Assembly (NCBI GenBank): GCA_973851085.1
Contig: OZ316775.1
Span: 3,410,001-3,474,000, forward strand
Length of the DNA: 64,000 nt
Direction of reading: 5' to 3'
Origin: Ptychomitrium polyphyllum
Taxonomy: Eukaryota
Shown: one piece after another, positions 14,101 through 26,199 of the stretch
Layout of the letters: each line of letters begins with the position of its first letter
Position numbering within the stretch: position 1 is the first letter of the stretch
Position numbers and translations under genes: made by a program
Notes under the pieces: generated by a model
Told to the model about the DNA's origin: nothing
Seen by the model: only the letters and a program-made list of their open reading frames with translations
The model's database searches: none

Positions 14101-14470
14101 CAATTTTTATGAAATTTTACAAAATAAAATTTAACAAGAATGCTAGTAGTTTCAAAACATGCATATTGAAAAAATTAAAGTATTCCATCCACAAGCTAAA
14201 TTTGTATCTCTTAATATCAAGAGATTGATTTTTGATTTATTCCAAAAAACAAAACAACATTGAATATGACAAATATTGAATTTTACGTGATTGCGTCTAA
14301 CGCTTTCTTTAATTTTATTGAAATTTAAATCCTTATTCTTGAGAATAATAAATTCAACCATTTAAAGCAAAGTATAGTTTTGGTTTCTAAAAAAGGATTG
14401 AAATAGTTTAATACTATTGCAACTTAAATAAAACAAGTAAAATGAACTTTCAACATCTAATTTATAAGCA
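11150..14470. mobile_element. Very AT-rich, degenerate, probably transposon-derived intergenic tract
   Basis: Strongly AT-rich and depleted in both CG and CAG/CTG, as expected for long-methylated, deaminated TE relics. I recognised no RT, integrase or transposase motif, so the class is unassigned. Confidence 0.35.
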
Positions 14471-14479
14471 TTTTTCAAA

Positions 14480-14975
14480 TTTTAGATTGATTGAAATGTA
14501 ATATTACAAAGTCAATTCAGTACTTCCAAAAAAATACATACTTTCTAAAAAAACATCTCATGTAGCTGAGAATTTCTTTTACAAGTGTTATTTAAAATCA
14601 AATATGGCTAAAATCAAAAGGCATAGATTTACTTCATTGTATTTGTAAAAATACAAACCTTACATAAAAGTATTTCTTGGCACCAAGTTCTCCTTTACAA
14701 GCATTTTCCAAAATCCAATATGGTTGATATCTAAAAAGATGATTCTTCTTCAATATGTTTAAAAAACTACAAACTACAAGCAAAAGTATCATTTGACATT
14801 AGGTCTTTTGTGCAAACATCTTCAAAAGCCTACTATGGCCAAAAGCAAAATTCTTGGTTTCACTTCACCACTTTCATAGAACAACAGATTCCATGCAAAC
14901 ATATCTCTTGGAGCCAAGAGTATCTTCTACAAGCATTCATGTAAATAACCCAATGCAAAAATCCAGACTTGGTCG
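14480..14975. repeat. Degenerate ~116-bp tandem repeat, ~4 copies
   Basis: Related anchors aaaatcaaatatggctaaaatc (14594), aaaatccaatatggttgatatc (14710) and aaaagcctactatggccaaaagc (14824) recur. Each unit also carries acttca, aaa(a)gtat..cttgg..ccaag and tacaagcatt-like segments. Confidence 0.65.
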
Positions 14976-17413
14976 CTTTGCAAATTTTACACTGGTGTTT
15001 AAATACAGCATTTGATAACTTGGCAATCCCCAATGAAGTTCAGCTGTTGCATATAATAGAAGATTGAACTGGGTCCAATGTCCACACAACTACAGTAGTA
15101 AGTCTTTCTGCTTGGAGTACACACTTTTCAACAAATCCTTAATTTCAGCATTGTTGGAACAGAGATGGTGAAAAGCATCATATGTGTCACAACTCCCATG
15201 GTTCAGCAAGTGTTGCAAGCCTCTTGTGCTCACAGACATGCTCGGGACCACTGTGTTGCAGTATATGTGGTGGCATGCTATTTGCTATTCGTTGGGCAAC
15301 TCTGCATTTGTTACTTCTTTCTACTGTTGCTGATATTTATGGTACTAGAGAAAAGCATACCCTTCTCTTGTAATGAGAAAAAATTAAATAAAAATTAATT
15401 TGCAAAAATATCAGTTTAATAAGGGGCAAGAATTGGGGCCTTCTCAAAATAATGGTGCCAAAAAAGAAAAGTAAAGCACTTACTACATTTTTAGAAGTAG
15501 AAGTAATTAATTAAGTTTTTTCTACTTCAAGAAGAAGCATCAGTCTTAAGACGAAAAGCCAAAGATGTCTCAAGCTATTTGGGGTTTTAGACAAGAGTTG
15601 AAATCATTATTCAATGCTTACAAAATGAAATTCCAACTCTTGACCAAACACCCCCAGTAATGTTATCATTGATGCCTTCTAGAGCAGTGAGATCAGGCAT
15701 GAGCAAACTCAACTGCAAAGAAAGTATGGGTAACTCACATGAATCAAGCATAGGTTACCTCTCAGTTGTAGCAAAAGCCCACGAGTACAAACAATAAAAC
15801 AATATGAGCCACCTCACCTATTTTTAAGAACATCCCACTTTCTCCCATTACGTGTACTCCATTTGTTTGGGCACACTTGTGTACACTACACATTTGGAAC
15901 TTTTGATGAAGACATCATTAGGCCTCTCCTACTAACCACGTACCAGTTTATGACTGGCATGTCAGAGCCTCACTTTTTGCACACACAAGTAAATGCCAAA
16001 GCCTCAGGTTGTATTTCTCCATGTCTTATTTAGGAGGGTTGGCAAACTAAACGCTGGGTATTAAAAGCCACTCCATTAAGAACGAAACTCTCCAAAATGG
16101 TAAGAGGGGATGTCAGAGTTCACCCAGGAATATGGTACCACGCATAGTAACTCCAATATGGACCCTAGATATGGACCGCCATAGTTCAGCATGGACACAA
16201 CTTGCAGTGGTGCTGCATATTACACTTCTTTATAGGCACTTTGACATCCCCTAATAACACAACAAATCAAACATGGATGAATCCAACTTGTTATAGCCAG
16301 ATTCACAAAAAAATAAGTTGCTCCACACTCTTAAAGGAAACAGAAGTACTTTGAGAGAATTATGATACCTTATACTTGGTTGCCAACCTAGAAAATAACA
16401 ATGCCACAACCAGAAAGAAGACCCAATATTCATGGTCTCCATTCGTCCAGCCTTAACAATAAATATACATCAATAACCAGAATTCTTCACTATGGGATTC
16501 AAGACCTTTCTTAACATTCCTGTGATTTTGTATTACCAATCCCCAAATTATAATCCTCACATCATACAAGTGTATACCAGATATCAACATAGGCCATCAC
16601 ATTGGCATTAACCAGGTATAACATAAATATCAACATGCCTAAATATGGGCATTTAGGATGAATCTTACATCGAAAAGAAACAATCTCTACTTATGGAAGG
16701 AGAAAAAACACCCAAACAGAAGTAGGCGTCCACTTCTCGCCAACCAAAAAGAGAAAACTCCAGAGCTAAAAAACGCAAACTACACCTCCAGATACCCTGA
16801 CCTAACTACCCTGTTCTCTCACAACGAAGGAAGCATCTCCGAGCCTACAACGTCACAGGTCCTCGGTTCTTCGGAAAGAACTGGACGTAACCGGGTCCCC
16901 CACGAAAAGATTTAACTCCGCCATAAGAAAGATTCAACTACACCGACATATACCCTGACATACCCTGGAAAATATATATGTAGTATGAGATACCCGGATG
17001 TACCGGGACACATAAATAGGAAGGATGAAAGTCGTCCCATCCTGAAATGACCCCATATACCCGGGGACACCCGGGGATACCCGATATCTCTACATGGAGC
17101 TGTGTTTGCAAGGGGTGCCGTCCGATGAGGGAGAGCTTGTTGCGGAGCATGGTCGTCAGGATTTGCTATATTTTGCATTTGGGGGTGGAGACGTGATGGA
17201 GTCGAGGTGGTCGAGGGACGCTGATGGATGCTTTGGTGTTAATGGCGGCTGTCGTGTTCCGTAATCGGAGTGCAAATACAGCGAGCGCGCAGCTTCCGCT
17301 GTGCAACTTGGTTGGGCGTGTACCCAACTAGCTCGCAATGGGGCACTGGAGGGATGAGTTTAGTCAAGTGGATTTGCTGGGCGGGTGGTTTTGGTGGTGA
17401 AGCACACCCGGTC

Positions 17414-17461
17414 CAGTTTAGTTTAGTATAGTTTAGTTGAGTTTAGATTAGTTTAGTCTAG
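17414..17461. repeat. Imperfect (AGTTT)n pentanucleotide microsatellite in the ET promoter/leader
   Basis: cagtttagtttagtatagtttagttgagtttagattagtttagtctag. Confidence 0.8.
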
Positions 17462-18158
17462 GCTGCTCGAGTTACGCACAATATCATGTTAGTTGTTGGG
17501 AGTCGAGAGCGCTGCCAGCACAGTGTGTGGGAGAGTGTGCTTGACAGCGTGACGGTGAAGCAGAAGCCTTGTTTGGGTTGGTTTTGGAGTTTCTTGGTGG
17601 GAGTTGAGTCGGTGAGGAGGTTTATTGCCGAGCCTGAGAGTGAGGAAAGTGAAAAGTTTGCTGTTTTGCGGAGGTTTTTTGGAGGGCTTTAGAGTGAAGG
17701 AAGCGGTGGCAATGAAAAGTTTGCTGTTTTGTGTCTGAAGAAATGGTGAAAGCAGGGATTTTCTGATGTGGTGGTCAACTGGAGTCCTGAATTTGTAAAC
17801 TGAGCTTGACGGAGCGTTCTCTATGTTAGCACGGTTTTTTCGGATGTTCCAGGGTTGAGATTTACTGGGTTTGTTCACTGGAATTGCCATTCCCAGTTCG
17901 TTTATGGAAAGTGGGATTGAGAGGAGGTGCTTGTCTTCGGGAGGTGTTTAATCCACTGAGAGGAAGAGGATTTCGAAGGCATTGTTGAAGGAACTGTCTG
18001 AGCTCGGTTTAGAGAAGCAGAGGTTTTTGGTTTGGTATTCTCTTGGAGAATTCTCCGGTTTCTAAGGTGCTCTGGAGGAGATTGTCATGCGGCGTCGGAA
18101 GAACGCTGCAGTCCTTGAGGTCTCTATTGAAGGTTTGAGGATGTGAAAGTCCGTGATA

Positions 18159-20447
18159 ATGGCGCTTGTGTTCGACAGTTGCACCTCGGAGAATTTGCTT
18201 GTTCAGCAGAGAAGTGGGTGGTCGGGTACGAGGGGACGTTTGAGACGAGAGGATTGTGAATTTGTCAAACATGACAAGCTGTTCTCCAAGTGGAAGGTAG
18301 CGTTGTTGTTGAATCTTGTTCATGTCGATAACGGCGCAAGTGATCTTTCTTTAAGTTACCTTACACACACGAAGTTTTCAGAGTCGGTCATCTGTGGCAG
18401 GATGCATTGTCTGGGTTAACGGTATCATTTCGTGCCATTGTATTAGCATTTTGGAACCACAGTAAAAGTAGGTGGGATACCACGAATGTTGAAAAATGTA
18501 CTAAAACAGAGAGTGGTCATTGGTTGTTTGGATTCGTAGGGAGTGCTCTGGCTTACTTAAGGAGTTCTTGATAATAGATCCATTCTTTAACTTTTATCAT
18601 TTTCCTCCAAATTTCAGGGTTTAAGATTTTCTTGTTGATGTGAAATTTTCAATCACCTTGGATCAAAATTTGTTTAGAAATACACATCTTAGTGCTAGGG
18701 GTACGCAACCACAATTTTACCATAATTGTAACTGTGCTCCTTTCTCGTGTATTTGTTCCTTTTTGGAATGATTTCGCTCATTTTCACAACCTCGTTGTGA
18801 TGCAGATTCTGGTAGGTCCTTCGGATTGGAGCGATTACTCAGCCGGGAAGGATGGCATAGACAGATACCATCTCCACAACCTTCCCGCCAGCCATTTTGG
18901 GCCAGGAGTGTATGAGCTGGGCGTGACGGCTCCATCATGGTCTCCAACTTCGTACGGCCAGCGGACACGGGCTTTGAAAAGGGAGGATGTCATGGCTGTG
19001 TACGTTGGCCAAGCTGACAGCATCCGTCAACGTCTCCAGAAGTACGGGCAAGCGGGTTCCCATCTCGAAGGTTCAAGGTATGGATTGAAATTAATTTTCA
19101 GTGTAATCCCTCTTGATATGCGTCATCAGTGACGAACGAGGTCTGGGCCTGTAGAGTATCTCACAGATTGTTGTCTGCAGATCTTCAAAACTCTATCAAG
19201 AAGATGATTACTCGGTACTTGGCGGCAGCAGTAACAGTTCTCGGCCATTAATTGCAGCTGAAAGGGAAACCAAGAAATCCAGCAATGGGCCGCGTCTTTT
19301 CTCGGAGGTTTTTGCTCTCGGCAGTTCAATTGCCTTTCGCTGGGCACATGTAAGATTTCATAGGCAAGCGTGTTCGTGATTGCATTGGTGTTTTTTAGGC
19401 TTTAATAAGTCTTGTACGTTAGGAATGAGCGCTTTGTGTATCCCTGTGGTTAGCACTTATTGAGAACTGATTCAAACGTCATCATGAATGGCTGTACAGA
19501 CGGATAGTAAGGTGGTTGCCGAGCAAGTGGAATCAGAGCTTCTGGCTGTTTTTGATTATGCGTGGAATAAAGGAAGCAATGGCAACCGTCGGTCTCGTGA
19601 CATTCTTGCCAAACTTTTTATGGCCTGGCCTTCCAATGACTCCTTCTGCAACCCTAGTAAATTATCCAGCAAGAAATGGCTCTTTTGTGGCACAAATGCG
19701 GTCGGTATAAAGGTGGCTTTACGAAAACCTCAAGATACAGCTTCGTCAATAGTGAACAAAAAATTGTGCTATCTCTTGACAGCGCCACCACCCCAGCTCC
19801 CAGTAAGTGTCCGCACCCCAGTAAAGATGGCCTCTCTGGAGCTTAGATGCGGTGTGATGACAGACAAAGGTGTACCCTGTAATGCTCCTCCTGTGAGAGG
19901 CCGCAAACGTTGCCTGCAACATAAAGGAATGCGAGTGAGAGGGGTCCCAGCTGCAGGAAATCCTCCCCTCCTAGCAACCCGTGAAGTCATTACAGAGCAT
20001 GTCAGCATGGGTAGCATGAAACGGGAATCTGTGAAAGTCGGTAGGGGCTCAAGTTGCTTACCAAATGTCTTTCTGAGACGTCAATCTTTATTCTCAACCA
20101 AAACCAGAACAGAGCATTCCACAACAGATTACAAGAGGGATTTCAAGACAGATCATTGCAAGACCGAACCTAAAACAGGGTGCAAGGAAGAGCCCGGGGA
20201 GAGACGGCGCCCACTTAGCCTTTCGTTTAATACGTGGATGAAAATGGAAAATGAGAGAGTCCACGACAGGTTAGATCCTACTTGGAGCGGTTCTATGGAG
20301 GATGAACTCGAGATCTCGTTTCACCAGGCTTTAAAGCAAGATCAAAGGCATGCTTCAGAGAGGAGTGCGATTTTTCCGAATCGGAGAGTTCGGCAGGTCC
20401 GCTCCAAGTATACTTCCGTGCCTGGCAATGACATCAGAAGGACGTAG
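18159..20447 (+). CDS. ET: EFFECTOR OF TRANSCRIPTION (ET/HRT) family protein with GIY-YIG-like domain and a single ET (CX9CX9RCX2HK) repeat, ~508 aa
   Basis: Exons 18159-18296, 18806-19077, 19181-19349 and 19500-20447 are all GT-AG and join in phase (1527 nt). ET-family motifs: RLRREDCEFVKHDKLFSKWK|ILVGPSDWSDYSAGKDGIDRYHLHNLP, GPGVYELGV, VYVGQADSIRQRLQKYG, LFSEVFALGSSIAFRWA, ESELLAVFDYAWNKGSNGNRR, and the ET repeat CGVMTDKGVPCNAPPVRGRKRCLQHKG. Confidence 0.92.
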
Positions 20448-22183
20448 TGTACTTTCTGAATTGCAATTATAAGTTTCAGAAAGATTGGTTCGTGTACATA
20501 TTGTAGGAGTGTTTTACCCGTTTTATGCAGACGTGCTTCTGTTTGTAGATAGGTTAGAGATTTTAGATTCAACTGAGTTAGAAAGACTACCTTTCTAACC
20601 TCTCCAGGTGATTGAAAGCGTAAAGGTCGATTCTCTCCTTAACTTACATGATGACAAAACCATTAAGTTCAAAGTATTACTCTTCTGTATGGTATATTTA
20701 TGTTCTGGTCGTAGTTAGACGTTTGTAGGTTGTTAAGCGCGAGCAATACCTCGTCAGTACCACACAAGACACATTCAGACACTGAAATTGACGTCTTTAG
20801 TCACAATCAAGTTACAGAGTGGCAAGTTGCTTCGGTAACGATCCACGTTGTGGACAAAACCCGTCTTTGGAGGTAGTATCTGTATGTTCTTACATCCATT
20901 TGCTATGAGATGCCGCTCATTGTATTTTGTAGGCACTTTTTCTTGTACTTTGCTGGAAAAATCAAACATCTCAAGCACAAGTGACAGGGCTTCAACCACC
21001 TTCAGTGGGTAGGTTATGATACACTGTTCATAACCCTGCTCACGATTGGCACTGAGATGTGTGAAACGAAAACTCTGCTGGTTTCCGCAGGACTGACACT
21101 CTCCTATTAGATGAATGTTTCGTTTGGGTGAAAATCGATGGGCTTTCTGAATGTTCAACACACTAACAGGAATGCAGCAGCAGCAACAACAAGGAACTTG
21201 AATTTCTCAGGGGACAGCCGCATTGGGGTGGTGCAGAACCCAGTTTGGTCTTGGAACCACTGAAAACCTGAAACCTTTGGCCGCACTGGGTGACACAGTC
21301 ACTAAGTTTCTGTTTTCTTCTCGACCCTAGTGTCATGACTGGGTTTCTATAGGCTGTGTTTAACTTCTTTTCATGCATAGGGCTTCTCGCCCTTCTGTCC
21401 TTTTCACATAAAAAAAGGGACTTGCAGAATGACACAGAGAGACACAGCGGAAAGTCTCGCGTTCTTCAATTACTAACAGGCTTTCGGCAAAGCGCCATAG
21501 ATGGCGAATATTTTTATGAGCCACTTTCAAGTGCAGTTAATTAGTATTGTCTTGTTGTATATAATCACTCCGACCGAGATCAGTTGGTAAGCTAGCTATC
21601 GGAGTAGCTACTATCACTGTAGGCACAATGCTACGAGAATTAAGTGAAACTAAATCCGACAGGATGATGAGTGCCCAATCTTCTAATTAGTCCTATTATA
21701 GTTCTGATCGCTTGAATATCACCTACCCAGATAATTGAGGGATTAGAGACAGGCCAGAAGATTAGCATTTAGTACTAACTCCAATGGAATGCAAAACAAA
21801 GACTGAATTTCTACAAATCACTCACGCGTAGCGAATTATGTTAGCAGAATGGAAGAAACCATGTGAACGGACATTGCCATGATTGAATTTTGAACGTGAC
21901 CCTCTGATTCCCAAAATGCGAAAGTCAGCATGTGAAGAACAGGTCTAACCTCTCAAGGTTCTCTTGGAACACTCACCAGCAGCTCAAGTGTTTCCTTACC
22001 AATGAATTAAGATACTCTTTGTGTTCGCCATAATAAGGAACTTTGTTCTAGGGCCTAACCCACACCACCTCAACAATGTACCTATACACTCACCATGAGC
22101 AGCCCAGTATGCTTTCCTTGCCGACTTACACTTTGTGCACATTTACGAGCTCCAAGTCGTATCTGCAAGTCAAGAGGAAAAAG

Positions 22184-22312
22184 TCAAAAAGAATTGCTCG
22201 CAACTGCAATCAGCAACAAACGAATGTATCCACTGCTCACATAGAGCATGACTACACAGCCCACGGCAGCTGCGAAAATGAGCACCGCAGCCATAGCTTG
22301 AACAGACCTCAT
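22184..22312 (-). other. Signal-peptide-like first exon resembling the 5' end of the neighbouring Pro-rich genes (small secreted peptide gene or relic)
   Basis: MRSVQAMAAVLIFAAAVGCVVML resembles [22 protein letters not shown] of the 25058 gene. A gtgagc donor and a polypyrimidine-ttgcag acceptor follow. No Pro-rich body follows. Confidence 0.4.
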
Positions 22313-24506
22313 GGTGCAGATTGCTTGGACTGTGACTGTGGGGTCGTAGTCATACGTGAAGATAGTTAGTATTGAATGCATGGGACTTGGGGCTATTGTA
22401 GTTGAGTGCAAGGAAAACCGGGAAAACTAGCAGCAGCCGCAGCGGTGTCATGAGCAGTCCCAGCTGGTGGGTGTACAGTGCCCTGTACATTGCTTGGCAC
22501 TAACTATCATGGCCTCACATAAATTGTTCAGAGTTACCTAGGATAGGACCCTTGTGGTCATTGAGGCGTTCACATGAAGCAACAGAGATGAGACGGCCAA
22601 AGTCCAAGCATAATGAGTGCCGGGATTTGTAGCATGTGCATGGCGGCCGTGCCAGGAACTCGCGTCGGGAGTAGTGGGTAGTAAAGGTTTGTTCCGGTCT
22701 CTCTCTCGCATTGACCCAGAGAGGGTTGGGATTTTCACGTTCATTGCTCTAGAATCTGTTTGTTTACGATCTACTTACGAATATTTCTTCTTATTAAATG
22801 CTCGTCTGTCAGAAACCTTGTGGCAACTGGTATTCCTCAACTAATTTTTGCTTCATTGAAGAGGAGGAAGATCATGCTTTAGTAATATTGACCAAACTTG
22901 GCCATCTATTGTTTGCAAAGAGTTTACTTTAAGAATGATGCTCAGTACGTTAAATAATTGTCAGCTTATGAATAAATAAGTGGATTTGTCTGAATCTCTG
23001 CAATCAACTGAAATTTCCACCCAAGATTTGGCGGCACAAAGTTCATAACCTACTGTCTAAGATTGTGGTGTTGTATGCAGCTCGGATGGAAATGAATAAT
23101 TAAAATCTGCTCAAGCCTGCAGTGTCACCACGCTTGAGATGATATACAAATACTTGTCTATCCAGAGTCTTGTATGCCATACCCTCCCATGCCGCATATG
23201 CTGTAATCCGGGATCTTCATTTCAACAGCAAAATGCACACACATCATTTTCTAGACGATCGTCGTTGTTTTTTTGGGTTTCTTTTCACTATTAACCCCGA
23301 ACTTTCAAAGACAGAATTTTGGACTGAATAATGTAAAATTTTTGTATCTGATAACTAAGTTGCTCAAAATTATTCATGGAGATTGTTGTAACCAAATCTT
23401 GGCTCACGAGCAATCTTAGTAGATGCACAATTCAACTGGAGCTTATACAGCAGTTCATGAGAGATCCTGAGGGGAAGATTAATCAGAACACTATTATGAG
23501 CTATTGAGAATACGATAGATGTCTGGAAGCTTGATCGTAATGTTTACCACTGCTTTTGTACACATTATATTCGTTCAAGGAAATCTTGGTTTCTGACAGC
23601 CATGCATTTCGAAAATGGAGAATAGCAGAGACTCTTGTTTCAGCAAAGTGTTGTGTTTAAACGACAGTTTGGAAAAAATTTAACAGCTAACGGAAGCGCA
23701 TGATTTTTGAACATTCGCTGCTTTTTTGGGTCTCTATACTTTGTTAACCTCGAACTTTCAATGACAGTCTAGGATGATCCATTCATTCAGTCTGAAATGC
23801 TGGTTAGACACTTTGACAATCTCATCATTGAAATGCTAGAAATTGTCGACAATTCTGCTATCAGGAATTGATAAGTGGGTGCTAAAAAATGGCTACATTG
23901 CAGCATTTGGCATGACGCAATTCGTTGAATGCAACTTTGATAACAAGATTCTTGAGATACGCAATTCCAACAACATGGTCTTTATTTGCCACTCAAACAT
24001 GTCAATCTTCACAGCGCACGCTTTTCAACTAAATGTCAAACGCGTTTCATCTGTGATGTAAGTGTAACATCTGTGTATGTCAAGATTATCTTGGAACACA
24101 CAACGGCAGAATTTTCCAAATCTCCTTAAGGCCCTAGAGAACGAATCACTTAACCAATATCAGTTCTAGTCCAACTGTGCAACGTGTACGACCGCCTTCG
24201 CTAATACACAACCTGACACGCATATAGCACCTTGCTTACTTTTCCATGTAAGGTTTCATTACTCACATGCGAACACCATCTGCAACTCACAACAAAGATT
24301 GTTCAGAATAATTGTCCGGAATTGTGAATGCGACGAGAAAGAAATACATCAAATCTAAAGTATGCAATACAAAAACCCCGACTAAACCCTAGAGAGGCTC
24401 CTAGAATGCAGCTTTTAAACCCTCAGGCCATACTCGTCCTAGACCCGAATCCGTTGCACTTACTTAGAACTTGAGTTCTTGTGTGCAGCTCCACCATGGG
24501 CTGCTT

Positions 24507-25058
24507 TTAGTAGCCACCTCCAGGGGGGCTGTACACTGGGGGAGATTCATACACTGGCGGAGAGTAAGTTGGGGGTGACTGGTACACTGGGGAAGGAGGG
24601 GAATATGATGGAGATGGAGAGTATGGAGGCGACTCATACACTGGAGAAGGAGGAGAATACGAAGGAGAGCCTGGAGAGTATGAGGGAGTATATGGAGGAG
24701 AGTAGGTTGGAGAAGGAGGAGAATAAGCTGGCACATCAGGAGAATAGGATGAAGTTGGAGGGGATTGGTAACTAGGGGGAGACTCATACACAGGGGAAGG
24801 ACTAGAGGGAGTCACATATGGCGGAGAATCTGGGGTAAAAGCAGGAGGAGAGTATGTGGGAGTCGGGCTGTAAGGAGTATCAGGAGTGGTTGGAGTGTAA
24901 GGAGTGTCAACAGGAGCTGGAGGAGGAGAGCAACTGGGTAACAAACTGCTCAAATCCTTCTGGACGCCAATTGCCCTTCCTGCCTCAGAAGGCAGCAACA
25001 AGGAGCTCATAAGAGCTGCAGCAAGGAGCACCATAGCCATGGCTTGGGCTGACTTCAT
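24507..25058 (-). CDS. Secreted Ser/Pro/Tyr-rich hydroxyproline-rich-glycoprotein (extensin/PRP-like) protein, 183 aa
   Basis: Intronless ORF with a hydrophobic signal peptide ending SEA-GR, repeats of YSPP(SP) and VYESPP, and the C-terminus PPGGGY. Confidence 0.88.
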   Translation of the reverse strand: MKSAQAMAMVLLAAALMSSLLLPSEAGRAIGVQKDLSSLLPSCSPPPAPVDTPYTPTTPDTPYSPTPTYSPPAFTPDSPPYVTPSSPSPVYESPPSYQSPPTSSYSPDVPAYSPPSPTYSPPYTPSYSPGSPSYSPPSPVYESPPYSPSPSYSPPSPVYQSPPTYSPPVYESPPVYSPPGGGY

Positions 25059-26199
25059 GATGCAGAATGAGCTGCAGCTAAAAGCTCACCAGAACTTGAT
25101 CAGTACTACTCCGTTCAACTCAATGGACTTGCTACTGCAACCAGGGCAGCTGGGTAACTGGAGGATGAGTAGAGGGGGGAATATGAGGATTAATATAGTG
25201 GGCGAGGTGCTATGCTAAGTAATGAGGTTTGATGGAAGTTTGGTTTGTACTGAGTGTGCTCATTAATCTCAGCAGTCAGGATATGGCCCACATGATAATC
25301 TAACATGGCTTCAAAGTCCACATAACCAACAGGCCTTCTGTACATAAGATTACCACCTGTGGCTGGCTCCGTGAAGTGCGTTGGTTTGGAAATTGCAGTC
25401 ATATTTGGTTGAAACAGAAACATGCAACGGGATTTCTACTTATTATCTGGCACATGGGATGATCTCAAATAGTTTTGTCCCTTGATGATCTCTTCTTCCA
25501 GTATATCAGCTACCTCCAGTAACGTAGTGATATTTAGAGTCTGTTATGCAGCTGTATGAATCATTTGAAGTGGTTTCTATTTACATGGATGCAGCTGAAG
25601 ATCATGAGTGGTGAATAGAATTGATTTCCATGCATTAATACACATAAGGGTGAGGCAAATGTGGATGGATCATTGTACACAATACAGGGGTGAGTTTGGT
25701 TGGTGATACACATATAATCTGTGAAATCCAGCAAATTATCAGTTATTGAAGTACTGGTGAGGTTATAAATTAATGTGTGGTACAAAGTTGCTGAACATAT
25801 CAATGCATGATGAAGTACTGTTATATGAAAGCTGAAGGAAATGTGAACTCTTCCTCATGTTTTGACTGGTTTTTCCATATTCTGCAAAGGCTGGCATCTC
25901 AAAAGGCCAATTAGACAGATTTAATAGATTTTTTTTTAAGAATGAATTATATCTGCTATTTCTTATTGAAACCTATCAAATGCGTGGATTTGCATGTTGC
26001 AACTGTGTAACCATTCCAGAAGATAATACCAATTTCTGTGGTATTGGATAACATCCATTTTCTACAGTTAAATAAGTTGCTGCTGTGCCGTGCCAAGGCC
26101 CGTCGGGCCTTTTGACATAGTTGGTTGGGTTTGTTGGTGCTCCTTATTGACTAGCATCCTCCTCCAGTGGAGTATCTTTACTTGATTGATAGGAATTTT

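Noticed and set aside
17489..17890. 133-aa minus-strand ORF
   Set aside because: It is antisense to the G/T-rich ET leader, has a biased composition and shows no recognisable domain.
20775..21435. 128-aa and 90-aa minus-strand ORFs downstream of ET
   Set aside because: I found no recognisable motifs or consistent exon structure, so they are probably chance ORFs.
24464..25218. Alternative-frame and antisense ORFs over the Pro-rich gene (Leu/His-rich, Glu-rich)
   Set aside because: They are shadows of the repetitive Ser/Pro/Tyr codons.
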